Part shown: piece by piece, positions 36,227 to 48,540 of the stretch
Position numbering within the stretch: position 1 is the first letter of the stretch
Layout of the letters: each line of letters starts with the position of its first letter
NCBI GenBank assembly: GCA_965153285.1
Contig: OZ229110.1
Reading direction: 5' to 3' (one strand)
DNA from: Podarcis tiliguerta
Taxonomy: Eukaryota
Length of the DNA stretch: 64,000 nt
Notes under the pieces: model-generated
Database searches by the model: none
Seen by the model: only the letters and a program-made list of their open reading frames with translations
What the model was told of the DNA's origin: nothing
Translations under genes and position numbers: made by a program

Positions 36227-38798
36227 GTCAGTGTACTGCGGTCACATAAATTAGCATACCCTGTCTCTCAAGTAAATTCTCTCCACAGGCTAAATCAGAT
36301 GGTGGATCAGTTCTAATGTATGTAATCTGTGGATAATGCCAAGGGCTTTTCACAGGAAGAATAAAAGTCAATATACTCCTCTACATTCAGCTTAAGGAAA
36401 AGCCCTCCATGGTCAAAAGGCAGATGCTTATGCAGTAGGAAAACTCATTGCAGTTTGTTTCCTTTGCGTAGGGCAAATGTCAGCAGGTTTCTGCCATTTT
36501 TGGCTCACCTTCATATAAAAAACATTTAAGGGTACCACAGACAAGCAGGCAAGCCCAATGGGATACGTTCTGGCTGAAGAACTAGGTAGAGCTTTGCAAG
36601 TGCCAAAGGAGCCAGCCAGAAGCTTTATTAAAGAGGAACCCCAAAATCTGGGATCTCCTTCAAACTGATACCAAAGTTTTGTAATTGTTTTGTACCATTC
36701 TGTGGAGCCAAAGCTAGCTTGGGTATTGCACAGACCCCTCTTTGGAAGGCTTTCACAGATACAGTGACTATGTAAAGGGACAGAAACACACACACACACA
36801 CACACACCTTAGTACACATGCTCTTCTACATATCCCCATATATTCATACATTGCAGGTGGTTGGACCTTTGCGTCGCTTCCAATTCTACAATTCTATGCT
36901 TCCATGATATTCCCATTGCAAGTTTTAGAAGAACCTAAGACTAGCTCTGCTGGATTGGACCACATGCCCATGCAGTCTGGCCTCCTGTTCTCACAGTGGC
37001 CAACCAGCTGCCTATTGGAAGACTTCTAGCAATACCTGGGTGCAACTGCAATTCAGAAGCATACTGCCTCTGACAGTGGCCGTGTCCTTTGTGTGCTTCT
37101 TGCTTTAATGGTTTTCCATCCCACTCCAATTCTCTCTCGGGGTTCTTTCATGCAGAGCCCTTCTCCTTCTCCTCCCTCCCTTCCTAAATAAACACAGGGA
37201 GACATGATAATCTCTCACTGACCTCAGTCACCCTCAATAAGGCAGCTCTGAGTTCCCTAATAGGATTGTGGCAGGGAAGCCTCCCTTGTGTCAAAGCAGC
37301 TTCAGTATGCGCTAAGACTAGTGGGTGACCAGGGAGTGCAGAGGGAATCCATGCGGTGAGGTAAATCTCCCTTCCCCCACCCCTCTCCAGTGACCATGCA
37401 TTTGTTAGGATCCTTCAGCGAGAACTGGGTGCGATGGCAGAACATACAGAACGGAGCCCTAATGCCCCAGGCAGCTTTTCCTGCACTCAAGGTTGGTGCT
37501 GCTGTTTTGCTCCTTCTCCTGCCCGTAGCTGGGCTTGCTTTGTTATTTGTGTGCTCTGAAATGGATGCAAGCAGATTAGCACTTCCAGCTCATCGGTTTT
37601 TTGTTCGGTTTCAACACTTTCCTCATTAACGCAAGGAAACAACTGGGGTTCGGCCGAGGCCTCCTCGAGAGTGACATGGAGCATTGTCCTGCGTTGTCTG
37701 TTGCAGTTTGCTGTAGTTTGGGGCATTTCGCTTTGAGCTCTTTCGAAGCTAGGATTAAGAAGTGGAAACCAAAAATAGCAAATGAAAGGGGAGGGCAATG
37801 TGAGATAGACGGTTACTTTTTGCACTCTGGCGATGCTTCCATAGGGTTTGTTTCCGGTGCTGAATGAACATGACTGTCTATCAGTCCACACAGGGAAGGT
37901 GCAGGTATTTTATGCTTAATGCTGATAGTTCAAATTGACTAACAGAATCAAGGCTTTATCTGGTAACGCCAAACCCTGTGCTGGATGGTACCATGTTACA
38001 GAGTCCCCTCTCATCATATTCTGATGGGTGCTTCTGATATTAGTTACGGGAAGCAACTACTTGCAGGCCACTATCAGAGAGTTTTGGCAACGAATGTTCT
38101 ACTGTAAAACTGGATCTACTCACATCAAAGAAGTGTTGCAATTAAACGCGTTACAAACTTTGTATGAGAAATCAGGTTAGCAAAAATGGAACTCCATATC
38201 GCCATCTGGTGTCACGGTGTTAGAATGCACAAACAACGCATATAAAGCATTTTTTTCTTTGCCAGTGTAGCTGGGTTCCATGTTTAAATTGAAATGAATG
38301 AATCCAAGAGTCTTCAGTAAGGTTGTGGATTCCTAACCTACAGTCAAAAACAGAAAATTGCAGACTGGTGGAGGGGATGTATTTCCAGATCTTTGTTTAA
38401 ATAATAGCAGTAGTAGTAACAACAAGGTTCAGCAGCTGAATTGCAGAGGGTGGTTATCAGAGTTTGGTTATTTATGGTAAAACTTGTGGTGATAACGTTG
38501 AAACGTGCACCTTAAAATACCAGCAGCACTATTTAGTGAAGTACTTGCCTCTTTCTCTGGTATTAAAATGTGTTGTGAGTCCCATGGAAGTGTTGTGGAG
38601 GGGCTGAGTGGATCCAGAAAAGACATGGAAGGTGCTTGGAGAGTGGGTGCTGGACGATCCTAAGTAGGGTTCCACTTGGCAGCAGGTCTTCAATTCTAGG
38701 CTTCAAGAGGGGCCTGATCCTAGCAGCAGTTTGGGGGAACAATCCCCCAGCAGTTTGAGGAAAGGAGATCTGGAGGGCTGTGGTGGTGATGAAAGAGT

Positions 38799-39046
38799 AG
38801 GCCAGTGTGGTGTAGTGGTTAAGAGCGGTAGTCTCGTAATCTGGTGAACTGGGTTTGTGTCTCCGCTCCTCCACATGCAGCTGCTGGGTGACCTTGGGCT
38901 AGTCACATGTCTCTGAAGTCTCTCAGCCTCGCTCACCTTGCAGAGTGTTTGTTGTGGGGGAGGAAGGGAAAGGAGAATGTTAGCCACTTTGAGACTCCTT
39001 CGCGTAGTGATATAGCGGGATATCAAATCCAAACTCTTCTTCTTCT
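38799..39046 (+). mobile_element. tRNA-derived squamate SINE (Squam3-like), full length
   Basis: A box TGGTGTAGTGG, B-box-like sequence, (CTT)n tail, TAGGCC at both ends. Confidence 0.8.
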
Positions 39047-39659
39047 AGGCCTCCCCTAGTTGTGCCTTGGCCTTGAAGCAAAGTAGGAGGCTTCTAGGAC
39101 TGCTTTTGTTTTCCAGATGTATTTATTTCAAATATTTATATACTTCTATACTTCTGTTCTTTAGAAAATATTCTCAGGTTATTGAAAAAAATTAAATAAC
39201 ACAGTGTATAAAACAATAAAACAGACAAAACATTGAACTCCACAAAATAGGATTCTACCCACTCAACACCCACACAAATTCCACACCCACTAATGCGCTG
39301 CTACCTCAGTCTGCATGACACCTACACTTGCACACAGACTTACAGGCAAACACACACGCACACACCCTCACTCTTAACAATTACTGGTCTCAATAATCTT
39401 CTGGGTATATACAGAAAAAGACTGCACTACCACACTTGGCGACCTTTAACACCAGATCTAACCTCTACCCACCCCAATAAACACCTCATACCACCCACAC
39501 AAACACAAATTCAGATTTAGATGTGGTTATTATCTGTGGCTAAGGAACAAATCTGTCATCCTAGTCTCGCCCAAAGCCTGGATTGACTGGAGCCAGTCAT
39601 AAAACTATGCTAGGTTATATGATTAAGTATTTTATTTTGCTCCCCCCCCCCCCGCACAG

Positions 39660-40294
39660 ATTGTGTTCTTCCTGAAGGAGACGGATGACTTGAAGTTCCA
39701 GTATGAGCAAATGGTCTCAGAGCTCTTGAAATGGATACAGCTCAAAGTGGTGGAACTGGACGATCACTTCTTTCCCAACTCCCTCAAGGAGATGCGTCTT
39801 CTCATGGGCAACTTTAAGACCTTCCGCGTCGTGGAGAAGCCTCCCAAGTACCGGGAGAAGGGAATCATTGAAGCCAATTTCTTCCACATCAGAACCAAAC
39901 AGCGAGCCCACAACCAACGTGCCTACCTGCCTCCTGAAGGAAAGACACTGAGAGATTTGGAGAAGGAATGGGTTGTTTTGGAGAAGGCAGAACACAACAG
40001 AGGAAAAGCAATCCAGGAGGAGCTCTTGAGGCTGGAGAGAGTTGAGCAACTGGTCCAGAGATTTCTGAAGAAAGCAGCTGTTCGTGAGGCCTACTTGGAG
40101 GACATGAGAGGGATAATAAAGAAGCAGAACGACTGGCAGCCCGAGAGTGTGGAAGAACACCAGGCAGCCACAAGGAAGCTTGAAGCCATTGAGGCAGATA
40201 TGCTTTCCCGAGACCTACGCTTCAAAGCACTGTCTAAGATGGCTTCAGAAATCAAGCAGGAGAACTACCATGGCAAGATCCAGATTGAAAAGAA
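39660..40294 (+). CDS. SPTBN5: SPTBN5 exon, first spectrin repeats
   Basis: AG/GT, 635 bp; [10 protein letters not shown] and YLPPEGK motifs. Confidence 0.93.
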
Positions 40295-40462
40295 GTGAGC
40301 TGAAAAGTGGCGGTGTGTGGTTTTGGGAGGTGGGAGAAGCAGGAATAGCTTTAAGGAGAATTAGAAGGACACGTAGAAAATAGTTGTGTTGGTAGCATGA
40401 ATAATGGAGCTCCCCTTTTCAGAAAGGGAGCAATGATAGAGATTAACAATGGCGATGGATTT

Positions 40463-41015
40463 TGTTATTAATTGAGTTCGACCTCTTCCAATAAATCTCC
40501 TCGGACAGATTTATGGTGTAATGGCGCCCGGCACCCTTCCTCTGCGTGGGCCTCTGTAGGTCGTAAAATCATCAGCAGAATTAGCGTAGCGGTGTGTGAT
40601 AAGGGATGACTCCCGAGACATCAGCTCCTGTTTCTCAAGTTCTTTATTGTTCCGAAAACACATATATACACAGATCAGCATCCATCGGAGTGTAGCTGCA
40701 TTTTCCCAGCTCCTTTCCTCCTTGAGCTGGGCAGTTCAACTAACTGCTTTCGATTCCCCTGAACACACACAGCATAGCAGGCTGTTTACGTCATGTCCTG
40801 CCTGATAAGCTCTTCCCCTCAGCTCCGAGGCACAGCAGATTAACTCTTTACTGCTCTCAACACCCCCTCTTGCCTCGCGTCTGAGGGGAGAATCGACCCT
40901 TGGTCGTCCCAAACCTAGACCTTTGCAAAACTCTCCATGTCTCTGGAAGGAGAGTGGCTTCGTGAACCCATCAGCTAGGTTCTTCGCAGAGGGACAATAC
41001 TCCACCATGCTTCAC
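40463..41015 (-). mobile_element. Ty1/copia remnant: RNase H C-terminus, PPT and 400-bp 3' LTR (40463-40862)
   Basis: VEYCPS..NLADGFTKPL motif; PPT AAGAGGGGG directly before TGTTG...TAACA. Confidence 0.8.
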
Positions 41016-41521
41016 ATTCGTGCTTTTGAATAGACAGTGGACTGATTTTTTAAAAAAAAGAGAAACAGTCTTTTTTTTCAAATAAGAAGATTTTTCAAAT
41101 AAAATCTTGGGAGAAACCCCTTCTCCATGTTTCAGCACTGGGTGAGGCATGTTATGGGTGACACAAGGGCCTTCTGCGCAGTGTCTTCCCATTGGCAGAA
41201 TACAATCCTCTTAGAATTGTGGTTAGAGCCAGTGCTTTTTTCTGGGGTTAGTCAAGGGTACACAGCACCAGCTCCTTTTTTTCTAGAAGAAAAGCAGTGG
41301 TTAGATCCAACACTTCTATCATTTCAGTGCCAAGCTAAAAAAGACCTTTTGGTTTCCCCAGACATTTTCAGTGGTTTAGTTAAATAAACTAGCCACATGG
41401 GAATCATGAGGGAACTTGACAAGGGCCTACATTTTCGTTGTTTTCCCTGCGTTTCCTTGAAATACGTAGTTCTGCTCAGAACCTTTTGATATACCATGTT
41501 GTTGTTTTCCCTCCCATCCAG

Positions 41522-41660
41522 GCAAAATGACATTGCGCATCAATGGCAAGACCTTATGACCCAGCTCCAGAGACAAAAACACTCCTTGGGGGCGATGCAG
41601 GAAGGCCTGGTCCTTTTGAGGGACATCGATACCATTACAGAAGAACTAAGAGGGCTGAAG
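41522..41660 (+). CDS. SPTBN5: SPTBN5 exon, spectrin repeat
   Basis: AG/GT, 139 bp, phase-compatible. Confidence 0.88.
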
Positions 41661-42059
41661 GTATCTCGTGTTATACATTTTGCATGTTAACAAGCACATT
41701 GTTTTAGTGACAACTAAAGACTGCAATTGATGTCATGTTGTGAAAGAACATGGTGTCTTCAGGTTTGAAAATAGGCACATAGTCATTGACATCCCAGGCT
41801 TCTTTATTTATTTATTCAAATAATAATAATAATATAAATAAATAAATAAAAAATAAATAAATAAATAAGATTTAGGCATACAATTGTCAATACAAACTTC
41901 ATTTTCCAGGGACAACTAAATGGAAAATATTCCATTTGCCGGAATAATAGAATATGGACTTGAGGCTAAGAGCTATAGATTATCGGCATGCACAAAAATC
42001 TGTTCATTTTCCTTTGCATTAGGTTAAAAGGCCTGTTTCTTGCAGTGAAAGCCAGTTAC

Positions 42060-42815
42060 GTGACGAGTTCCCACCTCCCCCCATAGAAATAAAGACACAG
42101 ACACAAGAATTCGAGTTAATGGGTCAAATTAGGCCACAACTTTATTGATTACATTGAGTGGTATTGGCTTATGCATTGGTCCTACAACTAACCGGCCTGG
42201 CCGGTGAGGGTTAACCACCAGTGGGAGGAGTCCTGCTGAGGCACGTCAACTAGGACCTCCCCCGGGGCCACCGTGTGGGGGCGTGCCATGGGCCCACACC
42301 TCCATAGGCTTAGGACGAGGCCACGCCCCCCGGAATCCTTTACCGGACTACCCTTTATTTGGGGGAAGTGGATGGCGCTCCTTCCCCCCTTCATCTGCAT
42401 AACAATAAAACAGTACCCCCACCAATGGCTAACCGCCAATACCGTGGAGTTGTGACGGTTTGCTACAAGGTAGGCAAAAACCAAATGGCTGTTGCCAATC
42501 TGCCAGTTGGAAAAATTCCTACCAGGCCCCTTGACGGTGACCAACCGAGGTTCATAGCAATGTCCAAGAACCTAGCCTAACGGGTGGGAGGGGAGGGAAA
42601 ACCAGGTCAGCTGTGGTGCGGGAAAGAGGGAGACCCTTGGCCGCGCCAGACCTAAGTAGGTGAGGCCACGCCCCCTGCGCCAGCCGATTGGCTGGCTCGG
42701 GATATGACGCTTCCGAGGATTCCCTGCTATCGCGTGGGGCTGGAGCCAGCCCCCACAAGTGTGGGGTAGGGGCGTGAAGCCCGCAACCCACCTCCTCCCT
42801 AGCTCGGAAGTGGAT
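42060..42815 (-). mobile_element. Solo A-spacer-B terminal module of a diverged Ngaro subfamily
   Basis: Collinear shared blocks with 12535-13309 (AGGCCACAACTTTATTG, GGTATTGGCTTA, CGTGCCATGG, AGTTGTGACGGTT, TCCTACCAGGCCCC); TTAC at both ends. Confidence 0.8.
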
Positions 42816-43101
42816 TTACATATAGATTATAAAACTGAATCATCCATACAGAGGCAGTGCATACAGGCTTAAATTGAGCTTAGGTTTAGCATGGGTTCCA
42901 AAACCAGGAGTACCTATGACCATATAACTGCCTTTCTTTATCATAACCTATTTGGTCCCACACTTCTGGGATTAGGAGAATTCAGGTTAAAGGGCATGAC
43001 TTCTAGGCAGTCTAGCAACCAGGCACAGTACATGTTGGAAACTAAGCACTGTGCTTATTATCACTATACCCGTTTGTAATATGTACTGTATGTGGATGAT
43101 G

Positions 43102-43160
43102 CTTGGCAGGGGGTTGGACTCGATGGCCCTTGTGGTCTCTTCCAACTCTATGATTCTATG
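43102..43160 (+). mobile_element. Very short 3' end of the same young CR1 family
   Basis: Reverse complement of the CR1 3' end at ~5484-5542, including the ATTCTATG tail. Confidence 0.8.
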
Positions 43161-43286
43161 AATTTGCATCTTTCCTTTGAGATTAGTGGGCCTTGGATAC
43201 CACCTGATGATTGCTAGCTGACATTGGGTGATAATTTACCATTGCATGAATGTAACAACATCATTTCTATTTCATTTAATTTCCAG

Positions 43287-43519
43287 AGTCTAGTGAGTTC
43301 CCAGGATTGTGGTAAACAGCTCTTGGAAGCAGTAGATTTACTGCAGAAGCATAAACTGCTTGCCTCTCAGATCTCTTCCCTTGGGGAGAGGGTCAGGCAT
43401 ATCACTGAAAGAACAGAAGCGATTGTCAAAGGTAAATCGTTCAAGGCAGATGTGCTTCGAGCTAAACATCAGATGCTTCAGCAGCTGCATCAAAACCTTG
43501 TGGATCTCTGCAAAACACG
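43287..43519 (+). CDS. SPTBN5: SPTBN5 exon, spectrin repeat (SQDCGKQLLEAVDLLQKH)
   Basis: AG/GT, 233 bp. Confidence 0.9.
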
Positions 43520-44352
43520 GTAAATTTCTTGTTTTTGTGACTCAGTTCTTCCTGAGGAGGCTGGCCAATTCTTTTATTTAAGAAATTCAGGAGTAGAATA
43601 TCCTAATTGTGGGATGTCAGGCGTGTTTGTATGAACCCCCACAATGAACATATAACAACAACAACATTTTTTTATTTATACCCCACTCATCTGGCTGGGT
43701 TTCCCCAGTCACTCTGGGTGGCTTCCAACTGAATATTAAAAACAATAAAGCGTCAGACATTAAAAACTTCCTTAAACAGGGCCACCTTCAGTTGTCTTTT
43801 AAAAGTAAAATAGTTGTTTATTGCCTTGACATCTGCTGGGAGGGCCTTCCACAGGGCAGGTACCACTACCGAGAAGGCCCTCTGCCTGGTTCCCTGTAAC
43901 CTCACTTCTCACAGCGAGGGAACCGCCAGAAGGCCCTCGGTGCTGGACCTCAGTGTCCGGGCTGGATGATGGGGGTGGAGACACTCCTTCAGGTATACTG
44001 TGTAGCAGACAGCTGGTCATGCCCCTCTCATGCCAGCATGGATACTGTCCCCATTCCCACAGCTGTGAACACCTGGTGTTAGTGAGAAGGGGGCCCCGCA
44101 CACCCACTGACATTCAGCATTAGCAAGAAAAGTACCCCATGCATGTTCAGCAGTAAGTCTATCAGACTCCACAGCTGAGAACCCTGAGCTCACACATTGG
44201 GGTTTCTCTGCCTTCTGTTTGGATTGGATTCAGATTCTTATCTTAAAGTTACAAAGGAATTAATTCACTACTTCCTTCATGTTGTTCAAATTCATTAGGT
44301 AAAGATAGTTGTTTTGAAGCAGAATTGAAAGCTGCTTCCTTAAAACCAAGTA

Positions 44353-44594
44353 CAGTGGTACCTCGGGTTAAGTACTTAATTTGTTCCGGAGGTCCGTTCT
44401 TAACCTGAAACTGTTCTTAACCTGAAGCACCACTTTAGCTAATGGGGCCTCCTGCTGCCGCCGAGCCACTGAAGCACGATTTCTGTTCTCACTCTGAAGC
44501 AAAGTTCTTAACCCGAGGTACTATTTCTGGGTTAGCGGAGTCTGTAACCTGAAGCGTATGTATCCTGAAGCATATGTAACCTGAGGTACCACTG
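44353..44594. mobile_element. Tc1/mariner-pogo MITE
   Basis: TA-CAGTGGTACCTC...GAGGTACCACTG-TA. Confidence 0.85.
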
Positions 44595-44812
44595 TATGGA
44601 TTTTACCTGAAACCAAGGAGAATACAGAGAAGTGTCTAGGGCACAACTTAAGTATAAATAAATATTTCAAATGTGGCCTACGTTGGTGGCTGGTCCAGCT
44701 TAGGAAAAGGAAGCCTGATTAATCCAGATTCCAAAATGCTGGAAGTACTAGAAAAAACATGATGTGGCTTTATAAACATTACCAAATGCATTTCTCCCCC
44801 CTTTTGGAATAG

Positions 44813-44966
44813 ACAATATCAGCTGGAAAGTGCTTTAAAGCTTTTTGAGTTTTTCCATGAGTGCAAAGAAGAGGAGCTTTGGCTGTCTGACAAACTGAAG
44901 CTGGTGACAGCAGGACACTTAGGACGTGATCTCAGTCACATTACAGCCTCTCTTCAAAGCCATAAG
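44813..44966 (+). CDS. SPTBN5: SPTBN5 exon, spectrin repeat (LFEFFHECKEEELWL)
   Basis: AG/GT, 154 bp. Confidence 0.9.
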
Positions 44967-44994
44967 GTTAGTGATGTGTAAATTCTTGGTCGCT

Positions 44995-45358
44995 TGTGCA
45001 GGTTTTAGAGGGCTTTCAGAATTTTCTAGCAGAAATATACTCGGAGTCACGTAGTGATTTCATGCTCTTTATTGCATCTCGTAAAACACTGAATGAATTT
45101 CCCCCCAGACCTCAGGCTTTATATACATTATTTACACAATGGGTTCCGCCTGATTGGCTGATTCTGCTTCCCTCCTGGAGCCTGGTTGGGCTGCTCCTGC
45201 AGGCCAATCAGTTGTTGCATTCTAGGATCCTACCTGCCTAATAGGCTGATTAACCAGCTCCTGGGGTCTAATTGGTTTGCTCCTGCAGGCCAATCAGGTT
45301 GTTGCATTCTAGAATCCTACCTGCCTATTGTTCTAGGATCCAAGCTCAGTACATAACA
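44995..45358 (-). mobile_element. Probable solo LTR
   Basis: Minus strand begins TGTTATGT, with internal repeat carrying CCAAT boxes, TATATAAA and AATAAA in LTR order; left boundary and TSD unresolved. Confidence 0.5.
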
Positions 45359-46226
45359 CTGTTTCTAGTAGCATAGATACTAAAGTGCACGTTCAAAAGA
45401 TTTATAACAGTTCTAAAAAGGGGTGGGGTGGGAACTGGTGGTGAACTGATGTAAGATCTTAATATTATAAAACTCTTTACCGATGAAATGGAAAACTGTT
45501 AAAGATATGAGGTCAAAGTAACTTACAAATTTACCAATATTGCTTGAAATGTGCAGGCATAATCAGCCCAGAGCCAGTGAAATTGACTGATTGTACTCTT
45601 CTGTTTCAAGAGGTCTAGGCAGACAATGGTATCACCCTATTTGCCTCTTGATTGGTTTAGCTAGTTTGATGTGACAAGAACAAAGAAGCCTTGAGTTAAA
45701 CAATCAAATTCTAAAAGTGACTTGTTTATTTCTTTCTTCTTTTCTTTTTCTGAAATGTTATTTTATTTGTTTGCCTCCTTAAGGGTTGTGAGGGTTGGAT
45801 TTGTTAGAAACACTGTTTAATTTGCTTATGTGGAACAGTATACCCCTATTGTTGCATTTGTGATATGCAAATTGGTTTTAAAAAAAAACCCCAGGCCATA
45901 GCCAATTTGCCTGATAGCCAAATTCCTACCTGGAATGGTTTTTTTCCTACAGCAACCACCACAGCCATAGCAAGGTCAAATCAATAAGTAAAATGCAAAA
46001 TTAATGGAATGGGTGGATGGGTTGTGTTAGCAATTTCACGCCTCCAAGGCTGCACTTTGTGATTAGTGGAAATCACACGGTCTGTCTGAGAGGAAGCATG
46101 AGAACCTGATATAGTCTTATCTGTATGTATTATATGATGTACTTTCACTTTTGCCTGTTCTCTCTCAGAGCTGGATGAGAAAGAGCACCATGATTCCTTG
46201 TCTGTGTAATACAGTGTCAATAAATA

Positions 46227-46452
46227 CAGTGGTACCTCGGGTTAAGTACTTAATTCGTTCTGGAGGTCCGTACTTAACCTGAAACTGTTCTTAACCTGAA
46301 GCACCACTTTAGCTAATGGGGCCTCCTGCTGCTGCCACGCCGCCGGAGCACAATTTCTGTTCTCAACCTGAAGCAAAGTTCTTAACCTGAAGCACTATTT
46401 CTGGGTTAGCAGAGTATGTAACCTGAAGCGTATGTAACCTGAGGTACCACTG
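46227..46452. mobile_element. Tc1/mariner-pogo MITE, same family
   Basis: Same TIRs and TA TSD; similar body to 44353-44594. Confidence 0.85.
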
Positions 46453-46821
46453 TAGTAGTTCAGAACTACGATGCCTCTTTCTTTTACTGTGTCAAGAGAG
46501 GCGGCTAGTGTGCATAAATCAAGTTGGTTTATGTCACTAGAGCACCCTGGAGAAGAACAGGGTGCCTTTTCCAGAGCTATGCTCACCGGAGGACACTCAG
46601 AGATTGGGGAGGGGTGCTGCTGATACCCCAGAGAGTTTTCCCAATATGGTAGCAGAACTGATGAAAAAGAGCGGGTGTCGGGGGCCGGTGCAAACTGTTT
46701 AAATCCCCCCTGGGAGCTGACCTGAAGGAAGCCTGATTTTTCCCTCAGGCCTGCCTCCAAAGAGCCCTGCCCTCTGCACCAGCCAGCCATTGGCCAATTT
46801 GGCAGGCTGGCATGGAGCCAG

Positions 46822-47087
46822 ATTCTAGGATCCTACCTGCCTAATAGGCTGATTAACCAGCTCCTGGGGTCTAATTGGTTTGCTCCTGCAGGCCAATCAG
46901 GTTGTTGCATTCTAGAATCCTACCTGCCTATTGTTCTAGGATCCAAGCTCAGTACATAACACTGTTTCTAGTAGCATAGATACTAAAGTGCACGTTCAAA
47001 AGATTTATAACAGTTCTAAAAAGGGGTGGGGTGGGAACTGGTGGTGAACTGATGTAAGATCTTAATATTATAAAACTCTTTACCGAT
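46822..47087 (+). repeat. 266-bp direct duplicate of 45219-45484
   Basis: Apparently identical at offset 1603. Confidence 0.9.
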
Positions 47088-47614
47088 TTCAAGCTGGGAG
47101 AGTGTGCATTCCCAGCATCCCAGTTCTGCATGGGGGGGCGGGGCAGGTGCTGGCTGCCCTGCAAGGCCGCCGCACCCTAAAAGTGGTTAAGCGGACTTGC
47201 TGATGTTACATTAGGGATTAGTGTCATAGCTCCATCGTTTATCTTCTTATTTTCTGCGACAGTTGCTTTGCCAGTTATGACGACCCAGTCATAAGCCAGC
47301 TATTGCGACATAGTTAATTCCTCCTGCTGCCTCCAATCAAAGTATTGCATGGCTGAAAACAATGATGCTCAGCTATATTTGATTGCACAGTAAATGTTGG
47401 TGGTAGGTATAATACAATTTGCACAAATGATTTCACCAGAGAAGATCACTTGACTCATGCGAGTGGAATGGTGAGATATGTTATTCCTTATAGTAATCAC
47501 TCCTGGAATAATAAAGTGGATAAAAGAAGTGAAAACAGCATTCAAACTAGCATGACTGGGTTTGGCTTCATGGTGACATCCAGTAATTACGACCCTCCGA
47601 CTTCCCCCTGGCAG

Positions 47615-47815
47615 GCTTTGCAAGCTGAATGTGACTCCCACCAACTGATTTGTTCTAAGATCATATGCAAGGGCCGGGAGCTAGGTCAGAAAAACCCTTC
47701 AAATCAGAGGAGCATCCAGAAGGAGACTGACAATATCCAGAAATTGTGGCAGCAGCTCCAAGATGAGGTGGCCAGACGTAAAACCAGTTTGGAGGCAGCT
47801 TCTCTCGTCAAACAG
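47615..47815 (+). CDS. SPTBN5: SPTBN5 exon, spectrin repeat
   Basis: AG/GT, 201 bp. Confidence 0.9.
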
Positions 47816-48333
47816 GTACGTTGGTCTGCAGCTCTGTTTAGATTGAACTGAATTGATTATTATTAAGAAGTCTAAACAAGATCTTAGCCTGTCCATTAAG
47901 CTTGGAAGGTCTTGTTATGTTAAAACAGCAACAACAATAGCACAGCCTTGCATCTAAGCACGTGTCCCCACTGGGGACAAGGAATTGCACACAGGTGAGT
48001 GAGCAGGCTAAGAAAAGAGAGGTGGAATTCTTGGTCTCTCATTTGCACCTGGCATAAAAACCAGGAAGGCCACCACCAGCAAGTCATTGATGGAGGTAGG
48101 GTTCTCTCTGCCCCTCTTCTTTCACCTCCCAGAAGGCTAGCTGAATTTTTCTCAGGCAAGTCACTTATTTACAAGGTTGCAATAACAGTAATGCTCAAAA
48201 AGAACCAGTCTTTCTTTCCTTTGAGTCTTGAAGAAATTGTTGCTTTCGTTCAGATACTCTCCTAATGTGATATTGCTAGTATGTCACAAGCAGGCAAGCT
48301 ATAACAACACAATTGCCCTATTTCCCCCCTCAG

Positions 48334-48540
48334 TACTTTGCTGATATTGATGAGGTGGAGTCTTGGATGCAGGAGCAACAAACCCTGCTAGCTAGCAAAG
48401 ATTACGGGAAGGATGTATCCAGTGCAGAAGCTTTGTTGCATCGCCACTTTCGTTTGGAGAAAGAGATAGCTGCGTATTCTTCCGAAATAAGCCACTTGGA
48501 TGAGCAGGCTCATTCTGTAGCAAAGCAGGCTGCATCAGTG
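48334..48540 (+). CDS. SPTBN5: SPTBN5 exon, spectrin repeat (YFADIDEVESWM...DYGKD)
   Basis: AG/GT, 207 bp. Confidence 0.9.
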
